Assembly: GCA_964016885.1 (NCBI GenBank)
Contig: OZ024740.1
Coordinates: 405,356,001 to 405,420,000, forward strand
Origin: Eledone cirrhosa
Taxonomy: Eukaryota
DNA: 64,000 nucleotides
Direction: 5' to 3'
The notes below the pieces were generated by a model that was not told the origin of the DNA, searched no databases, and worked only from the letters and a program-made list of their open reading frames with translations. This document shows positions 26,611 to 40,124 of the stretch, piece by piece (positions within the stretch are counted from its first letter, which is position 1; the number at the start of each line of letters is the position of its first letter). The translations under genes and the position numbers were made by a program.

Positions 26611-28573
26611 TCATCATCATCATCATCATCAACGCTTAACGTCCGTGTTCCACGCTTGCATGGGTTTGGACGGGGGTAGTCCCACTTGAGGCAAGAGTGA
26701 TTGTCTTGCTCGCATAGGACTGTCTGGCAGGTTTTCTACAGTTGGATGCCCTTCCTAACACCAACCACATTTACAGTGTGGGTCTGGGAGGTTTTTACCG
26801 TGTTGCCTACACAGCCACATTACAGCGTGGACTGTGTGTTTTTTTGTCGTGACACCTACACGATCTCATTTGTTTCGGCCTGGATGGCGCGGCACCAACA
26901 TAACTTTACATAGAACGGGGTGGTGTGGATGGGGTGGTGGTGGTGGGACGGGGTGTATTTTGTTAGAGATGCCTACTGGCTGGAGTAGGTTTTACTATAT
27001 ATTTAGGTAAGGCGGGTCTTCTCTGTTACTGAGTACCGCCAAAGGTCTCGGTCCAGTGACATTGTCTTGGAGAGGTGTAAGTGTGTGATGTCGGAGTTTA
27101 TCAGCTCGTCCCAGGTTTTTCTAGGTCTGCCTATTCCGTGACTACCGTCTATCTTTATTGCCCTGCACTTTGTTATACAGCTATCGACTTTCATGCGCAT
27201 CACGTGTCCATACCAACGTAGCCTTCTCTCGAGTAAACAACATCTGATCCCTCTTATCTCTAATTTTTTCCTTAGTTCGTTTATGCTTTGCCGTTCACGT
27301 ATATTACTGTTACACATCCAGCGGAGCATGCAAGCTTCGTTCCTCTCTAGTCTGCGTATATCCTCTGCACACAATGCCCAGGTCTCACTGCCATGCAGCA
27401 TTGCTGTTCGTATGCAGGCATCGTACAACCTGCCTTTCATTTTTAGGGAGAACCCTTTAGCAGCTAATAGTGGTATAAGCTCTCTGAACTTTTTCCAACC
27501 AGTTCTGACTCTAGCTACAGTACTTTCAGAGCACCCTCCCCCACTGCTGATTTTATCGCCCAGGTAACGGAAGCTGTCCACTATTTCTATAGAACCCTCT
27601 GCGCAATTGAAAGAGCTAGTATTTTGTGGGCACTTGCTGCTACTTATTGCACCAGAACACCGGCCACATGTAAAATCTATGTTCTTAGTTAGCTTACCTG
27701 TGATCCCACTACATCTTTTATGCACCCATACTTTGCATTTAGGACATAAAATGGAGTTTCTACCTACGCCTTTCCTACACACCGAGCACGACCATTTCCC
27801 AGAAGGGATTGCCGCCTTGTTTTCTTTCCTACAAACTAGAACTTTGGTCTTAGCCAGGTTAATTTTAAGTCCTTTTGACTCTAGGCCGTGCTTCCATGTT
27901 TGGAATTTCTTCTCTAGCTCGGCCATTGATTCCGCTATGAGTGTCAGGTCGTCTGCGTATAGGAGTTCCCATGGGCAGCCTGTCTTGAACTCCTCTGTTA
28001 TAGCCTGAAGGGCAATAATAAATAGTAGGGGGCTGAGAACCTGAGCCCTGATGGACGCCAACTTTTACGCTAAACTCTTCACTATATTCGTTGTTAATTC
28101 TAACCTTGCTGACTGTTTCTTTATACATGGCTTGTATAAAGCCATGTATAAAGAAAGCTATTCGTCAACGCCTAGTTTTCTAAGAGCCCACCAGATAATG
28201 GAGCGGGGGACTCTGTCGAAGGCTTTCTCCAAGTCGACAAAAGCTAAGTAGAGGGGTTTACCTTTAGCTAGGTACTTCTCCTGTAGTTGTCGTACTATGA
28301 AAAGAGCGTCTGTGGTACTTTTGCCTGACACAAACCCGAACTGCATTTCATCTAGGTCAATTCTCTCTCTGATTAGTTGCGCTATTACTTTTTCCGTGAC
28401 CTTCATGACCTGGTCGATTAATTTAATGCCTCTATAGTTACTCCTATCTAGGGCGTCTCCTTTACCCTTATAACAGTTAACGATGATGCTGCTATGCCAG
28501 TCCTTCGGAACAACCCCATTCTGTACGACTTGGTTAACTATGCGGGTGACCATGGTGTGTCCCACCGTGCCAG
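26611..28573 (-). mobile_element. RTE LINE family A, 5'-truncated
   Basis: Near-identical to 7358-9420; ORF pieces 27003-28061 and 28158-28573. Confidence 0.93.
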
Positions 28574-28624
28574 ATATATATATATATATATATATGTGTG
28601 TGGCTGTATATATATGTATATGTG

Positions 28625-30035
28625 TGTAGTTAAAGAATGAAGAGTAACATGGTTGGCTGTACAATAAGGGGCTTTATTTAAAGTACTGACAACTGTTTCG
28701 TTGATCAGGTGGGTCTAGAGTTCGCTAATTGCTTGAAGTTGCATCACCAATACATTATTTACCTCTGGTCAACACATCAGAGTACGTAGATATAAAAATA
28801 ATTCACTCGAGGCAAGACATATATAGAAAAATAGCGTATGATCAAAACAATAACGTCAATAATAAAACATATATGGTAAATAGGTAGAGAAGTTACAGAT
28901 GTAAAAAGTAAAAGATAAGATAAGATAGGATACATTAAAAAAAATAAGAAAATGAGAAAATGGAAAATATAAATAAATAAATAAGGATAAGTGATAGCAT
29001 GTAAGTACATAGAATGTTAATAGTAGTTTTGAGTAAGTGTTCTTATAAGGATTCCTTGGTGGGTTTAGTGCTAACATGAAAAACCAGATTCAAGATGTAC
29101 ATAGATACATGTAGAGGGTCCGATGTAGTGACAGATAAAAGAAAACAATAAATTAGAGATTAAATGGTGGATACATGTATGAGATTTATGGGCTAGGGAT
29201 GACGGGACGTTTGACAAACGCTTGCTGTAAATGTTTTGCTGATTGTTCTATCTTAATGGGGTTGATGCTGTTTCAGGGAGAGAGGGTGAAAGAGATGTTC
29301 AGAGATTTATGATCCAGTGACCAGTTGGCCGTTTGACAGCTAATAGCAGTGCGATGGTGTGTATTCTATATGTTAAAATTTAGGTGGTTCAGTTCTAATT
29401 TTAGGATTGCTGGTTCAAATCATGGTGGTTTGAAGTTTGTGAATCTAGTAGCTATTTTATGCCTACAGAAAATTGATCTTTCTATTTTGCTGTTAAGCAG
29501 CATCCCATCGTACCTTAAAAAATGTAGTAGTTCTAAATTACAAAGTCCGCAGTGGGACATTCCATTGCTGTAGGCTCTTGCTAACAATAATTTTGACCAG
29601 CTAATCTTATATTCTATGTTTTTGTGTTTAAGCTGCTAGATTTTATTGGTGAGCATCGTAGAGTTCTCCAGTCTACGGTTCTTCATGGAATGTCTGTGGA
29701 CGTACCACCTTTTTTTGAACTCCCCAGCCGTGGAACCTATGTAGTGCCAAGTAGAGTTGCCTGAATTTACAGTACACAGGTATACCATACTCGAATCCAG
29801 GCATCTATTCCGTAGTGGGCACTTATCCGATAGGTGGCAATTACAATTTGAGGTTTTCTGTGTGCAGGTTCATCGTTGCGGTTTTGTAAGTTGTTGTGGG
29901 TGGGTTGTGATTTAGGCCTATTTATGTTTTGTTGTGATGTGTTCTGATGTGTTTGTGGTTGTTATGTGTTTGCGTTTTGTATTTGGTGCTATGGTGCATG
30001 TTGGTAGGTTAATTTCTTGAGAGATATTTTTGTGG
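28625..30035 (-). mobile_element. Penelope-like element 3' part: GIY-YIG endonuclease + pLTR
   Basis: Manual translation ~29850->29420: CNCHLSDKCPLRNRCLDSSMVYLCTV...HYIGSTAGEFKKRW...CGLCNLE...LLNSKIE...CRHK (one internal stop); hammerhead downstream. Confidence 0.85.
28683..28785 (-). ncRNA. Type I hammerhead ribozyme of the Penelope pLTR (core variant)
   Basis: Minus strand: GTACT-CTGATGT-GTTGACCAG...CTGATCAAC-GAAA-CAGTTG-TC-AGTAC; A9 position reads T. Confidence 0.7.
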
Positions 30036-31399
30036 TTGATATATGTGTGTGTATATATATGTGTGTGTGTGTGTGTGTATATGTGTGTGTATATGTATAT
30101 GTATATGTGTGTGTGTATATATATATATGTGTATATGTGTGTGTGTATATATATATATGTGTGTGTATATATATATGTGTGTATGTATATATATATATAT
30201 AGTCTTTGACGCTTTCTTTTCAATAGGAAGTTAACTAGGTATTACACATTTACTTTCTTTGAGACATTTGAGATATTAAATGTTTAGTAGCTGGTTAACA
30301 TGCTACTGCTTGGGGGGAAGAGAACATTAACTATGATTCACTTGATAGGAAGCAGATTAAAACGTTCTTTGTTGTGTTTTTTAATGGCAATATAATAAAC
30401 TACACTAATTTACTATTACCAAGTAAATTACTTTTACTAGCTGAACATCATCTCCATTGTCTTCATCCTCGTTTTTACTTTCGTTCTTTTCATAACATAA
30501 TTAAGCTTACATTTGGATCTATAGCTAGAAAGTCAATGTATTTTACAGCTGGATGGATGCTCTTCCTGACACCAACCCTTATTAGATTTGTAAGTAAGGT
30601 ACTGATCAAATTGCAGAGCCATGGGACTTTTGTTTATGAGGGAGATAAACTAACATCAAAACTAGCAGTGTCAATTTAGTAGAAGACACACATACAAACG
30701 CGCACACATGTATAAACACACACACACACAGACTACATACAGTTTACATCTGCCAAATTCATTCATAAAGCATTGGTCAGCTCATAGCTATTGTAGAAGC
30801 CCAACATGCCACACGGTGGGATAGAACCCCAAAACCATATGGTTCTGAAGCAAACTTTTAAACCACACAACTATGTCTGTGCCAAGAAAAATATTTAAAA
30901 ATGAGAAAAAATATATCGCTTTTAATGAAATTTGTAGATAAGGTTACCCTTGTATGATAATTAAGCTTACATTTGGATCTATATCTAGAAAGTCAATGAG
31001 TTGAAATTAACCAGATTGAAGTGTTTTCAAATATTTTTTTCTTCATGATTATGAATTATTTTAATTAATGTTATTGGTGGTTATTCTAAATTGTGTTATT
31101 TTTTAATTCCAAAGTTTCCACATATCTTCAAATGAGAAATTCTTGATAATTTAATTAGTATAAACACAATTTATCAAATACATATGATTTAAGAAACAAA
31201 TCAATAAAAAGTAATCAGAGAAAAAAACCCAGACATGTATACACACTTAATTACATGTACAACAAGTAATGCTGGTGTTTCCCTCTAAAAATGAAAAATT
31301 GTTTAACTCTTAACTTCCTGTACCACATGAATCCACATTAGCAAGACATTCTCAAAGAATACAAAACAACACTATGACTGCATTACACATCTTTACTCT

Positions 31400-32090
31400 A
31401 ATACTGGAACAGCCAGCATACTCATGGCCACTGACAACAAGGTCACTTCCACTACAGATATCTAGCAAGGAGACCCACACAACCCACTTATCTTTGTTCT
31501 GGTAGTTATCAACATTGCCCACTCTACCCAGTTGCCCTTCAATATCTGGTAACTGGATGATGCAACCCTGGGTGGCTAGGCTGAGTCAGTAGTTGAGGTC
31601 CTTCACCAAATCATCCCAGCTCTAAAGCTCCTCAGACTTGATATCAACCCATCCAAGTCTGAGTTGATAAGTGAGGCCAAATCCCAGTACCACAGCTTGC
31701 AATGCAGAAGACAAGCAAATACCGGAGCTTATCTGGCCACTGTCTTTGCATCGGTCACTGTCGAGATCTCATGCATCTTTGGATCTCAGACTGCTTACCT
31801 CCTCTGTAAAATAGCACCCATCTGAGGAAGGAGCCCTGTGAGGTGGATGGTTGTTACAATGTGTGTCACTGACCATTGTCTGTGGAAATGCCTTTGTCTG
31901 TGGGGTGTAGCCGAAACACCGCTCTGACCTAGGTATAGAGTCTGTCACCCTCTCCCCTTCCTCCTCTCTTCCTTTGTCTAGTAGTCTTTGCCCCTCGTTT
32001 TCCTCTCATTTATGGCATTTATAGCCCTTTCCAATGCTGCTTTCTTTTTCTGTATGTTTAACCAAATACAAACATTTTGGATTTAAAAAA
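31400..32090 (+). mobile_element. Degenerate, internally deleted CRE-like (RT + RLE) non-LTR fragment
   Basis: Remnants resembling QGDP, W.LDDATLGG, LDINPSKSEL and the RLE C-terminus; similar to 60454-62280. Confidence 0.55.
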
Positions 32091-32254
32091 ACAAACTTTA
32101 GCATGAATCTCAGCCTCCTGCTCCCTCTAATCACTAATTTTCAATAAAGTCTTGAACCTCCTTTTGTAATATGCAGAGGCTTCTGGCAGCAGCTGCAATG
32201 GTTTGTGTGTAAAATAAGACTTTGCCTTTCATCCTAAATATTATTCAGAAAATC

Positions 32255-32443
32255 CCAGTAGAGGTAGATCAAGAAAGACCTGGGTAGAGGTGGTGAGAGC
32301 TGACCTCAAATAGCTGAGACTCGCAGAGGAGATGACAAAGGAACATGGCAAGTAGAGAGATGCTGTGCTGAGAAGGACCAGTCCAACCCATGCAAGCATG
32401 GAAAAATGGACGTAAAAACAATGTTGATGATGATGATGTTGAT
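32255..32443 (+). mobile_element. RTE 3' end fragment
   Basis: RGRSRKTWVEVVRADL remnants and acccatgcaagcatggaa...(gat)n terminus. Confidence 0.8.
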
Positions 32444-32809
32444 GAATATTTGTGTATGCTCCATAAGATATGAAATAGCCAGGTCCTGAAATAGATCTCA
32501 TTGATTGTTACCCCTGAAAGAAAATCTTTTTGGCTTCGTGTCAATGCTAGTAATCAATATTTTCATGCTTATAAAATGGTGGAGTGACAGAAACAGCTGA
32601 ACACAGAACTATATACCTTGTTGTATTTGTATTTCTTTCAGTCTTCTATATTCAATTCAGAAGTTGCCTTTGTGTTTCATTTCTTTTTCCAGGGTTGATA
32701 ATATAAGAATTATTCAGGTACTGGATTTAACTCTTTCATTACTATATTTCTTATGAAAGACACTGCCTATGATTTTGAAAATAATCAAGAATTTGAAGAA
32801 ATTTAGTAA

Positions 32810-33115
32810 TAATATAATAATGAAATGAAAATTATTGTGTACAGTGCTCAGGTGCACTACAACTCATAAAAGTTGCATGTATAGTACATAGAATAATGTA
32901 TAAATGTCAGGAAAGTGAACAGTGTATGAGTCATGATATACACACAGATACATGCATGCATGTGTGTGTGGAGGGGGAATATCAGGTGTAGTGTTGGCGA
33001 ATTTCAGGAAGCATAGAAGTTTTGAAGAATGTAGTGTCCCGACAGCTAACAACTGATGCAGGTAGTTTGTGCCATGCTTCAGCAACTCTGAGCATGAAAA
33101 AATATTTCCGAAAAA
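32810..33115 (-). mobile_element. CR1 3' end fragment
   Basis: Similar to 33705-33985; a third copy lies at 59760-59950 (+). Confidence 0.8.
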
Positions 33116-33704
33116 ACATAAAATAGGGGTTCGGCTTATATACAAATAATAAACCTGGTCAAAACTCTGAGCATGTTTCTATCTTATTCTGATCTCCTCA
33201 ACAAAGTATTACTAGTGCAAACTTTGCCAAAGTAGTGATAATTTGATTACTAAATAAATTTACCAGAAACTAGAATTATTTAGAGATTAATAATGCAGAG
33301 GTCTTATCCAAAATAAAGTTAATGCTATCAGGGCATTTGAGAGAGTTTTCATAGGGTTGATGGAGGTGGAAGTTCAAGAGGTCTGAGATTTTTTGATTGA
33401 AAGGTTTTCATGTAAACACTTTAAAAAATCTGAATGGAAGGTTTTCGTCTCAACAAACAGAATGAAAGACATTACCTATGAGATAAAAATAATCAAGAAT
33501 TTGCATTGGGTCTTTAACATAACTACATTTCTTATGATGTATATGGTGTTTAGAACATGACTTAAGGGTTTTTACATAAAATTATGAATGAAGATTTTTA
33601 TATAAACACTTTAAAACAAGCAGTTTTGAACTCAGATCGTAAAGGGACGTAACTATGCTGGAAAGCATGGCGTCCGACCCTCTACTGATACTGCCAATCC
33701 ACCG

Positions 33705-35140
33705 CAATAATGAAATTATTGTGTACAGTGCTCAGGTGCACTACAACTCATCAAAGGTGCATGTATAGTACATAGAACCATGTTCAAATGTCAGGAAAAT
33801 AAACAGTGCACAAGTCATGAAATACATGTGTGCAATTGTATGGAGGAGGGGACATCAGGTGCAGTGCTGGCGAATCCCAGGAAGCAATGAGGCCCTAAAG
33901 GATGCAGTGTCTCAGCAGCTAACAACTGATGCAGGTAGTTTGTTCCATGCTTCAGCAACTCTGAGCGTGAAAAAATGTTTCTGAAAGTCATGGGAGCTGT
34001 GCTGTTTTCTGACTTTGTAAATATGCCCACGTGTGTTAGACACATGGAAATCAAAAAGGTACTCAGGGTTGTTGTTGGCAAGATGGTTAATAATTTTGTG
34101 GGTGTTTACCAAGTCAGTTGCCAGACGTCGGAGCTTCAATGTATCCATGCACAGGGAAGCAAGGCGTTCAGAGTATGGTAGATGCCTGATGGAGGGTATT
34201 TGCTTGGTTGCACGTCGCTGAACAGTTTCCAGGAAGTCAATGTTCTGAGCAAGATAGGGGTTCTAGACTGGTGATGCAAATTCTAAGTATGGCCGCACCA
34301 TAGCTATATATAGCTTTAAATAACAAAGGAAATGTGGTAAGGAACCAGATGAACCATAACGCACCAGAGTACTCAATACTTAGGGTAGTTGAGTGGGAAA
34401 TAGGAAAAAGTATGACCCCGATGGCAGAGCTCAAGCCGTTTCGACGGCTATTTCTGGACTCAAATAGCCATCCAGAAATAGCCGTCGAAACGGCTTGAGC
34501 TCTGCTGTTGGGGGTCATACTTTTTCCTATAGCTTTAAATAGATAGCTGGACAAAGGTCTTGTTGAGTGATGCTAAGACACCCTCGGCCTTCTTGACATT
34601 TTTAGAGACGTGCTTCATCCAACGCAAATCGCTGCTGACTGTAATGCCCAGGTCACATTCACAAGAAGACTTCTTGATATTAGTGTTGTGGAGGGAATAT
34701 GTGGATGATGGGTTTTTACTCCAAAATGCATGGTGGTAAACTTGTCCACAGCCAACTTGAGTTGCCAGTCTGTGATCCATTGTTGCATTGTATCCAGGTT
34801 AGATTGCAGGCAAGATCTATAGTGTTCAGGATCTGTCCTTTTTATCTCAAGGTACAGCTTGATGTCATCTGCATATTTCAGTACTGTGGCATTCTTTAAG
34901 TTGGCATCTATGTCATTAATATACGCCACAAACAAAAGGGGACCGAGAACAGATCCCTGTGGTACACCAGATGACATCTCATACAGTGAGGAATGCTGTC
35001 CCAGAACCGTGACTACCTCTCTTCGACTGAGAATGAAGGACTTCAACCAGTTAAAAAGATCATCCTTCATACCCTTTGCAGAGAGTTTTGCCATAAGTCT
35101 TTTGTGTGGCACAGAATTGAAAGCTTTAGCAAAGTCAAGG
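33705..35140 (-). mobile_element. CR1-type LINE, 5'-truncated RT, interrupted by a foldback insertion
   Basis: DFAKAF, SGVPQGSVLGPLLF, YADDIKL, FFTLRVAEAWNKLP; (ATT)-type tail. Confidence 0.9.
34323..34541. mobile_element. Small foldback insertion with 14-bp TSD, Penelope-like
   Basis: tatagctttaaata at 34309-34322 and 34528-34541; ~60-bp inverted repeat 34400-34458/34471-34530. Confidence 0.8.
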
Positions 35141-35261
35141 TTGTGCCTTGCAGTATCTAGTTACAATCATCTACGTACTAAATTTGACTTTGAATTTCAT
35201 CTTTTTAAAGTCAATAAAATAAATACCAGTCATGTACTGACGTCTATATATTAGACTGTTC

Positions 35262-38200
35262 AAGCAGAGGTCACCTAAGGGCTGCCTGTCCTCAATTGAC
35301 AAAAAAAAAAAACACTTTTACCAACACCACAAATAACAACACAACCACCACCACCACCACCACGACAAGAAAAAACAACAGAGAACAATATTCCACCCAA
35401 CTCCTCCCCACCCAAAACAAACACAAAAACACACACAGACACTACAGAACCCCAAAACATACCCCTATCCATCAACACGGATGAGGAACCCCTATCGACG
35501 GCACCCAGCAGCGATGAGGAGGAACCCTTCCAATCCGTGAAAAGAATAAAAAGAAAGAACCGCATGAACAAAAACGAAACAAACACACAAACACCAGCAC
35601 AAACAGCACAAAAATCACAAACAAAAGTTCTCCCTCCCGAAAACAAAACACCCACAACAAAGAGAAAACACATCCAGGAACCACAGACAAAAACAAACAC
35701 AACACAGGAAAAGTACACATACACTTACATAAACGAAGAAAATAGAACACTGATGGAGACCATCAGAAACAACCCTTTGGTCAAAACCGAAGGGAAAACT
35801 TTGGATAGCTCCAACAAAAACAAAAAAATGAACCTAAAACTGATCAGGGTCCCTATAGGAACTTATAGATCTCTAAAAGAAACATTTGTAGAGGACGTGG
35901 GGAATTCCTGCGTGAAACCAATCAACCGCGTCCTCTACAAAGGCCTCCCCATCACAAGCACCCCCACCCAAGTCATCCCCACCCCACCAGACACCCCTTC
36001 CCCACCAAACACCTCCGTCCCCACCCCGCCAGAAACCACCACCCCACTCAACAACCCATCCCCCACCCTCATGGAAATTGTGCAACCCGATACCCGGGAC
36101 GCAGAGAAGTAAGTGCCTTTTCTCTTCACCACCAACATGGCTATGCTAAGAGTAGGCTGTTTAAATGCGCGTGGCCTGGGCTCAACTTGGAAGCAAGCAA
36201 TGCTTCTAAATGACCTCAGGTCACAACGTATAGATGTGATGGTTATTTGCGAGGCCCGGATCAGCAAAGTGCGACAGCTGGCCCCCACCTTTGATGACTT
36301 TGAGATGCACGCATCTCTCTGTCAGCCCGGAGGTGGGGGTGGGGTTGTCGTTCTGCTGCAAAAACATCTGGGTCTCGCAACACAGATGGTACATTTGGAC
36401 CCGGAGGGTCGACTAGTGGTTCTGGACCTTGGCAGTGGTGAAGGCGGAGCGTTTAGGTTGGTAGCCGCCTACGGCCCTTTCGGGTCAATGCGGCCGGACT
36501 TCTTCCATCGTCTGGAGACTTTTCTAGGGACGTCCCGCTCCTTGCTATTAGTGGGGGACTGGAATGGTATCCTAGATGCACGCTGGGATTACGTAGGGGC
36601 CTGTCCCGATAGAGAGGGGTGCAATAGCCTCAAAGGGTTAATCGGTCGATTTGACCTGGCCGATAGATATCGACTAGATTTTCCGACTGCGCCAACCTGG
36701 ACTTGGGCAAATCGTAGCGGATCATCTAGGTCGTACCTAGATAGGTTCTTAGTTAGAATTAAGGATAAGGACTTTTTAAGTTGTCCAAAAATGCGCATGG
36801 TTGGCTATTCAGACCACAAGTTAGTGACCTGCATGGTCAACCTTGACAGAACTCATAGACAGGGACCCGGTTACTGGAAGCTCAACTTGTCCTTACCGGC
36901 AAGTAAGGCTTACAGGAACCGGATTAGCACTTTAGTTAAGGAGCGGTTGACGGGCGCCATCATCAACAGCAGGTGGTGGGGATCTCTCAAAAGAGAGATT
37001 AGAGTAGTCTCTATAGAATTTAGTAAGGAGTTAGCCTCTAATAGAAACAGAAAGGAAAGGAAGTTGGTAGATAGTGGAGAAGAGGCAATTAGAAGTGGCG
37101 ACGTGGCCAGAGTGCTAGCGTCGAGAACGGCCCTGGGCCAGTTCTTCAACGCGAAACACGAAGGCTGCATCGTCCGAAGCAAAATACGTGCTCTGGGAAA
37201 TGAGGGGACCAAAGCTGTTAGCTGGGCCCGCATGACAGAAGCCAAAAGAGGGAGCAGATCCACTATCCGGTCTTTGCGAGACCAGGATGGACGGGTGATC
37301 CTTGAGCCTAAGCAGATGTGCGAGGCTTTTCAAAAGCACTTTGCCGGATTGTTCGGAAGGGGCGGGGGGCCGGTTGAGGATGTGGACTTCGGTCCATACC
37401 TCGACGGCCTGCCGCATCTCTCGGACAGGGAGGCGAAGTCCTGGGAGGAGCCGATTTCAGCTGCTGAGATAGAGGACGTGCTGAGCCAATGCGGCAAACG
37501 CAAATCCCTGGGTCTCGATGGTCTTCCATACGAACAATATCTAGCTATGCCGGACTTGTTCCCCGATCTCCTCAAGGCGGTCTACTGCAACTGGCAACAG
37601 AACGGGAGAATTCCCTGTGCTGTGACCAAGGGCGTAGTCACGCTAGTGAGGAAGGACGAGAACAAGGGGTACGATATAAATAATTTCAGGCCCATAACTC
37701 TGCTAAATACAGAGTTACAGATTTTGGCCAAGATGCTAGCAAAGAGGTTGGCGCTTGTCGTGGGCAACCTGGTGGGAGATGCGCAGACATGTGCTATCCC
37801 GTCCAGGTCCATCCACGACAACCTCCACCTCATGCAATACATCATAGAGAGGGTTGGGAACGAACCAGGCTTTGGTGGGGCCCTGATCAACTTGGATCAA
37901 TCTAAGGCATTCGATAGGGTCGACCATGGTTACCTGGATGCAGTGCTAGCGGTGGCAGGCTTCGGGGCTGGATCAATGCCATGCACAGCAGCCGCATCTG
38001 CTCTAGGGTCAAGGTGAACGGCTACCTCTCGGAGACGTTCGAAATTGCGCGGTCCATCCGACAGGGGTGCCCTCTCTCCTCCCTTCTGTATGTAATGACT
38101 CTAGAGCCACTGCTGCGGAAGTTGGAGTTGTTGCAGGGCATCCCGTTGGAACCGGGATTGCGGAAAGCGGTGTCAGCCTACGCCGATGACGTAACAGTAA

Positions 38201-39813
38201 TGGTGTCGACGGCCTCGGAAATCGGGGCGATCGGCACCTTACTTGAGGAGTACGAAAGGTTTACAGGGGCTAAGCTGAACCGGGACAAGTCGATCGGCCT
38301 GCAACTCAGCACGTGGAGGGGCAGATCGATGGCGTCGTCGGGTGCTGAACGGAGGGCCCAGTGAAGTTGCTCGGGGTCTGGTTCGGACCAGACCTCTAGG
38401 TGGAGAAGAACTGGGGTGAGGTAACGAACAGGGTGTTTGCACTGACCCAGAAGTGGGCCGAGTGCAAACTGTCCCTGAAAGGTCGGGCGGAGGTGGCGAA
38501 CACTTATATAGCGTCCGTCATCTACTACCGCCTGACCGTTGTGCCTTGCCCAAGGGAAACGCTCGCCAAAATGGAGCGCGCACTCTTCCAATTCCTTTGG
38601 AAGAAGCGGACTCCTATGGTGAGGAGATCCATCTGCTGTCAACACCTTCGAAAGGAGGGCTGGGGATGCCGTGGCTAATGATACGTAAACACGCATTAAG
38701 GCTACGGCACCTTCAGGCATTCCTCACCGGTCAACCGGTGTGGGCCCCGTTTGTGAGGCGAGCCTTTCCCAGACTCGTCTCACTCACCGAGCTGCAATCC
38801 TGGGTCAAGCAAAGACCGAGAAAACTGGGCGCCTGGCACACCGAGTGTGCCCAGGCACTCACGGCTCTCTGGCAGGCGGACCCGGCTGTCAGTGGAGAAT
38901 CCACCTCGTCATTCTATAGAGGGCTGGTGGTTAGCAGGTGCGACGACGCCCTCGGAGAAGCCCTAGGCATGGAGGAAGACGAACTGGCAAACCTGTTCGG
39001 TAGGACATTCAGCCCGGGACCCATGGATAACTTCCAGAGGTCCCTGGCCTGGCAATGCTACAGAAGGGCTCTGCCCGTTCGAGAAAGGCTCTACAGACAC
39101 GGGCGCCCGGGTAGGGACCCCTCGAAAAAGATCTGTCCCAGATGCGTGTGCGACGAGGAAACCGTTGCACACGCATTGGTACACTGCTCGGGCATTGCCG
39201 ATCTGTGGGGCTATGTCGAACAACTGCTGTCAAGGGTGGGACTGATCCAGTTGACCACCGAGTCTATTGTAATGATCAAGCCGCCTCCCCTCTTCAAAAA
39301 CGAAGGAGAGGCGGTGTTTCTGTGCGTAATAGCCATGGCGAAAGAGGTTGTATGGTGGACGCGTCTGAAAGGACTGAGGTCAGACACCTTTCTCTCTGGC
39401 CAACAACTGGTCCATTTCTTCCGATATCATTTCGGAAGAAGGATCAGGATGGAGAGAGAGGTGCTGCACCCCAGCCGTTTCTATGAAAGATGGGTGAAAG
39501 TGGCGAGAATGGCCCGTGTGAATGGGCCTTCACTCTACATCAGACTATAGGTGAGGAAGATGAAAGACCAAGGGAGCACCCCTTCTCTGTGCTCCTGAGG
39601 AAAAGGGTTGCACACTTTTTTTCAGGGGTGTGTGCGACCCTCCAAGGCGCCTCCTCTCTATTGAGGATTTTGTTATAAATTTTATTCTGTTATATTTTAT
39701 TTTATTTTTATATTTTGTTATTGCCTCCTCCTTATTGAGGACGCCTTGTTTTGTAAACTCCCCCCATTGTACTTGTCCCACTTTTGATGCCCTGGTGGCA
39801 AATAAAAAAAACA
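35262..39813 (+). mobile_element. Tx1/L1-clade non-LTR retrotransposon with 17-bp TSD
   Basis: TSD tatatattagactgttc at 35245-35261 and 39814-39830; ORF1 C-terminal part ending at 36112; ORF2; aataaaaaaaa tail. Confidence 0.92.
36137..39550 (+). pseudogene. Tx1 ORF2 (EN, RT, C-terminal CCHC), frameshifted
   Basis: LNARGL, GDWN, LDRFL, SDH, GYWKLN, RPITLLN, DQSKAFDRV, RQGCPLS, YADD, CPRC..EETVAHALVHC; split over four ORF-track pieces. Confidence 0.9.
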
Positions 39814-40124
39814 TATATATTAGACTGTTCCTTTTCCTAAAATGCTGGCTTTTTGTTTATGTAAGAAATCAAAGTTAGGTTTACAGTAATCTAGCAAGTG
39901 TGGGAGACAACTCCTAACTTTTTGTCTGATCCTTTATGCGGCTTGAAGGGGTCAGACTAAGTTTATAAATTGTTTGACTATTAACATCAATGATCAAATG
40001 GATAAAGTATTATTGCCCTTAAGTTCAAATCTAGTCTGGTACTATGTACACATTAAGGAATTAACAATATAGCTCACAACAATTAGATTTTTCAAAAAAT
40101 ATATACATAGTATTTTTACTTGTA

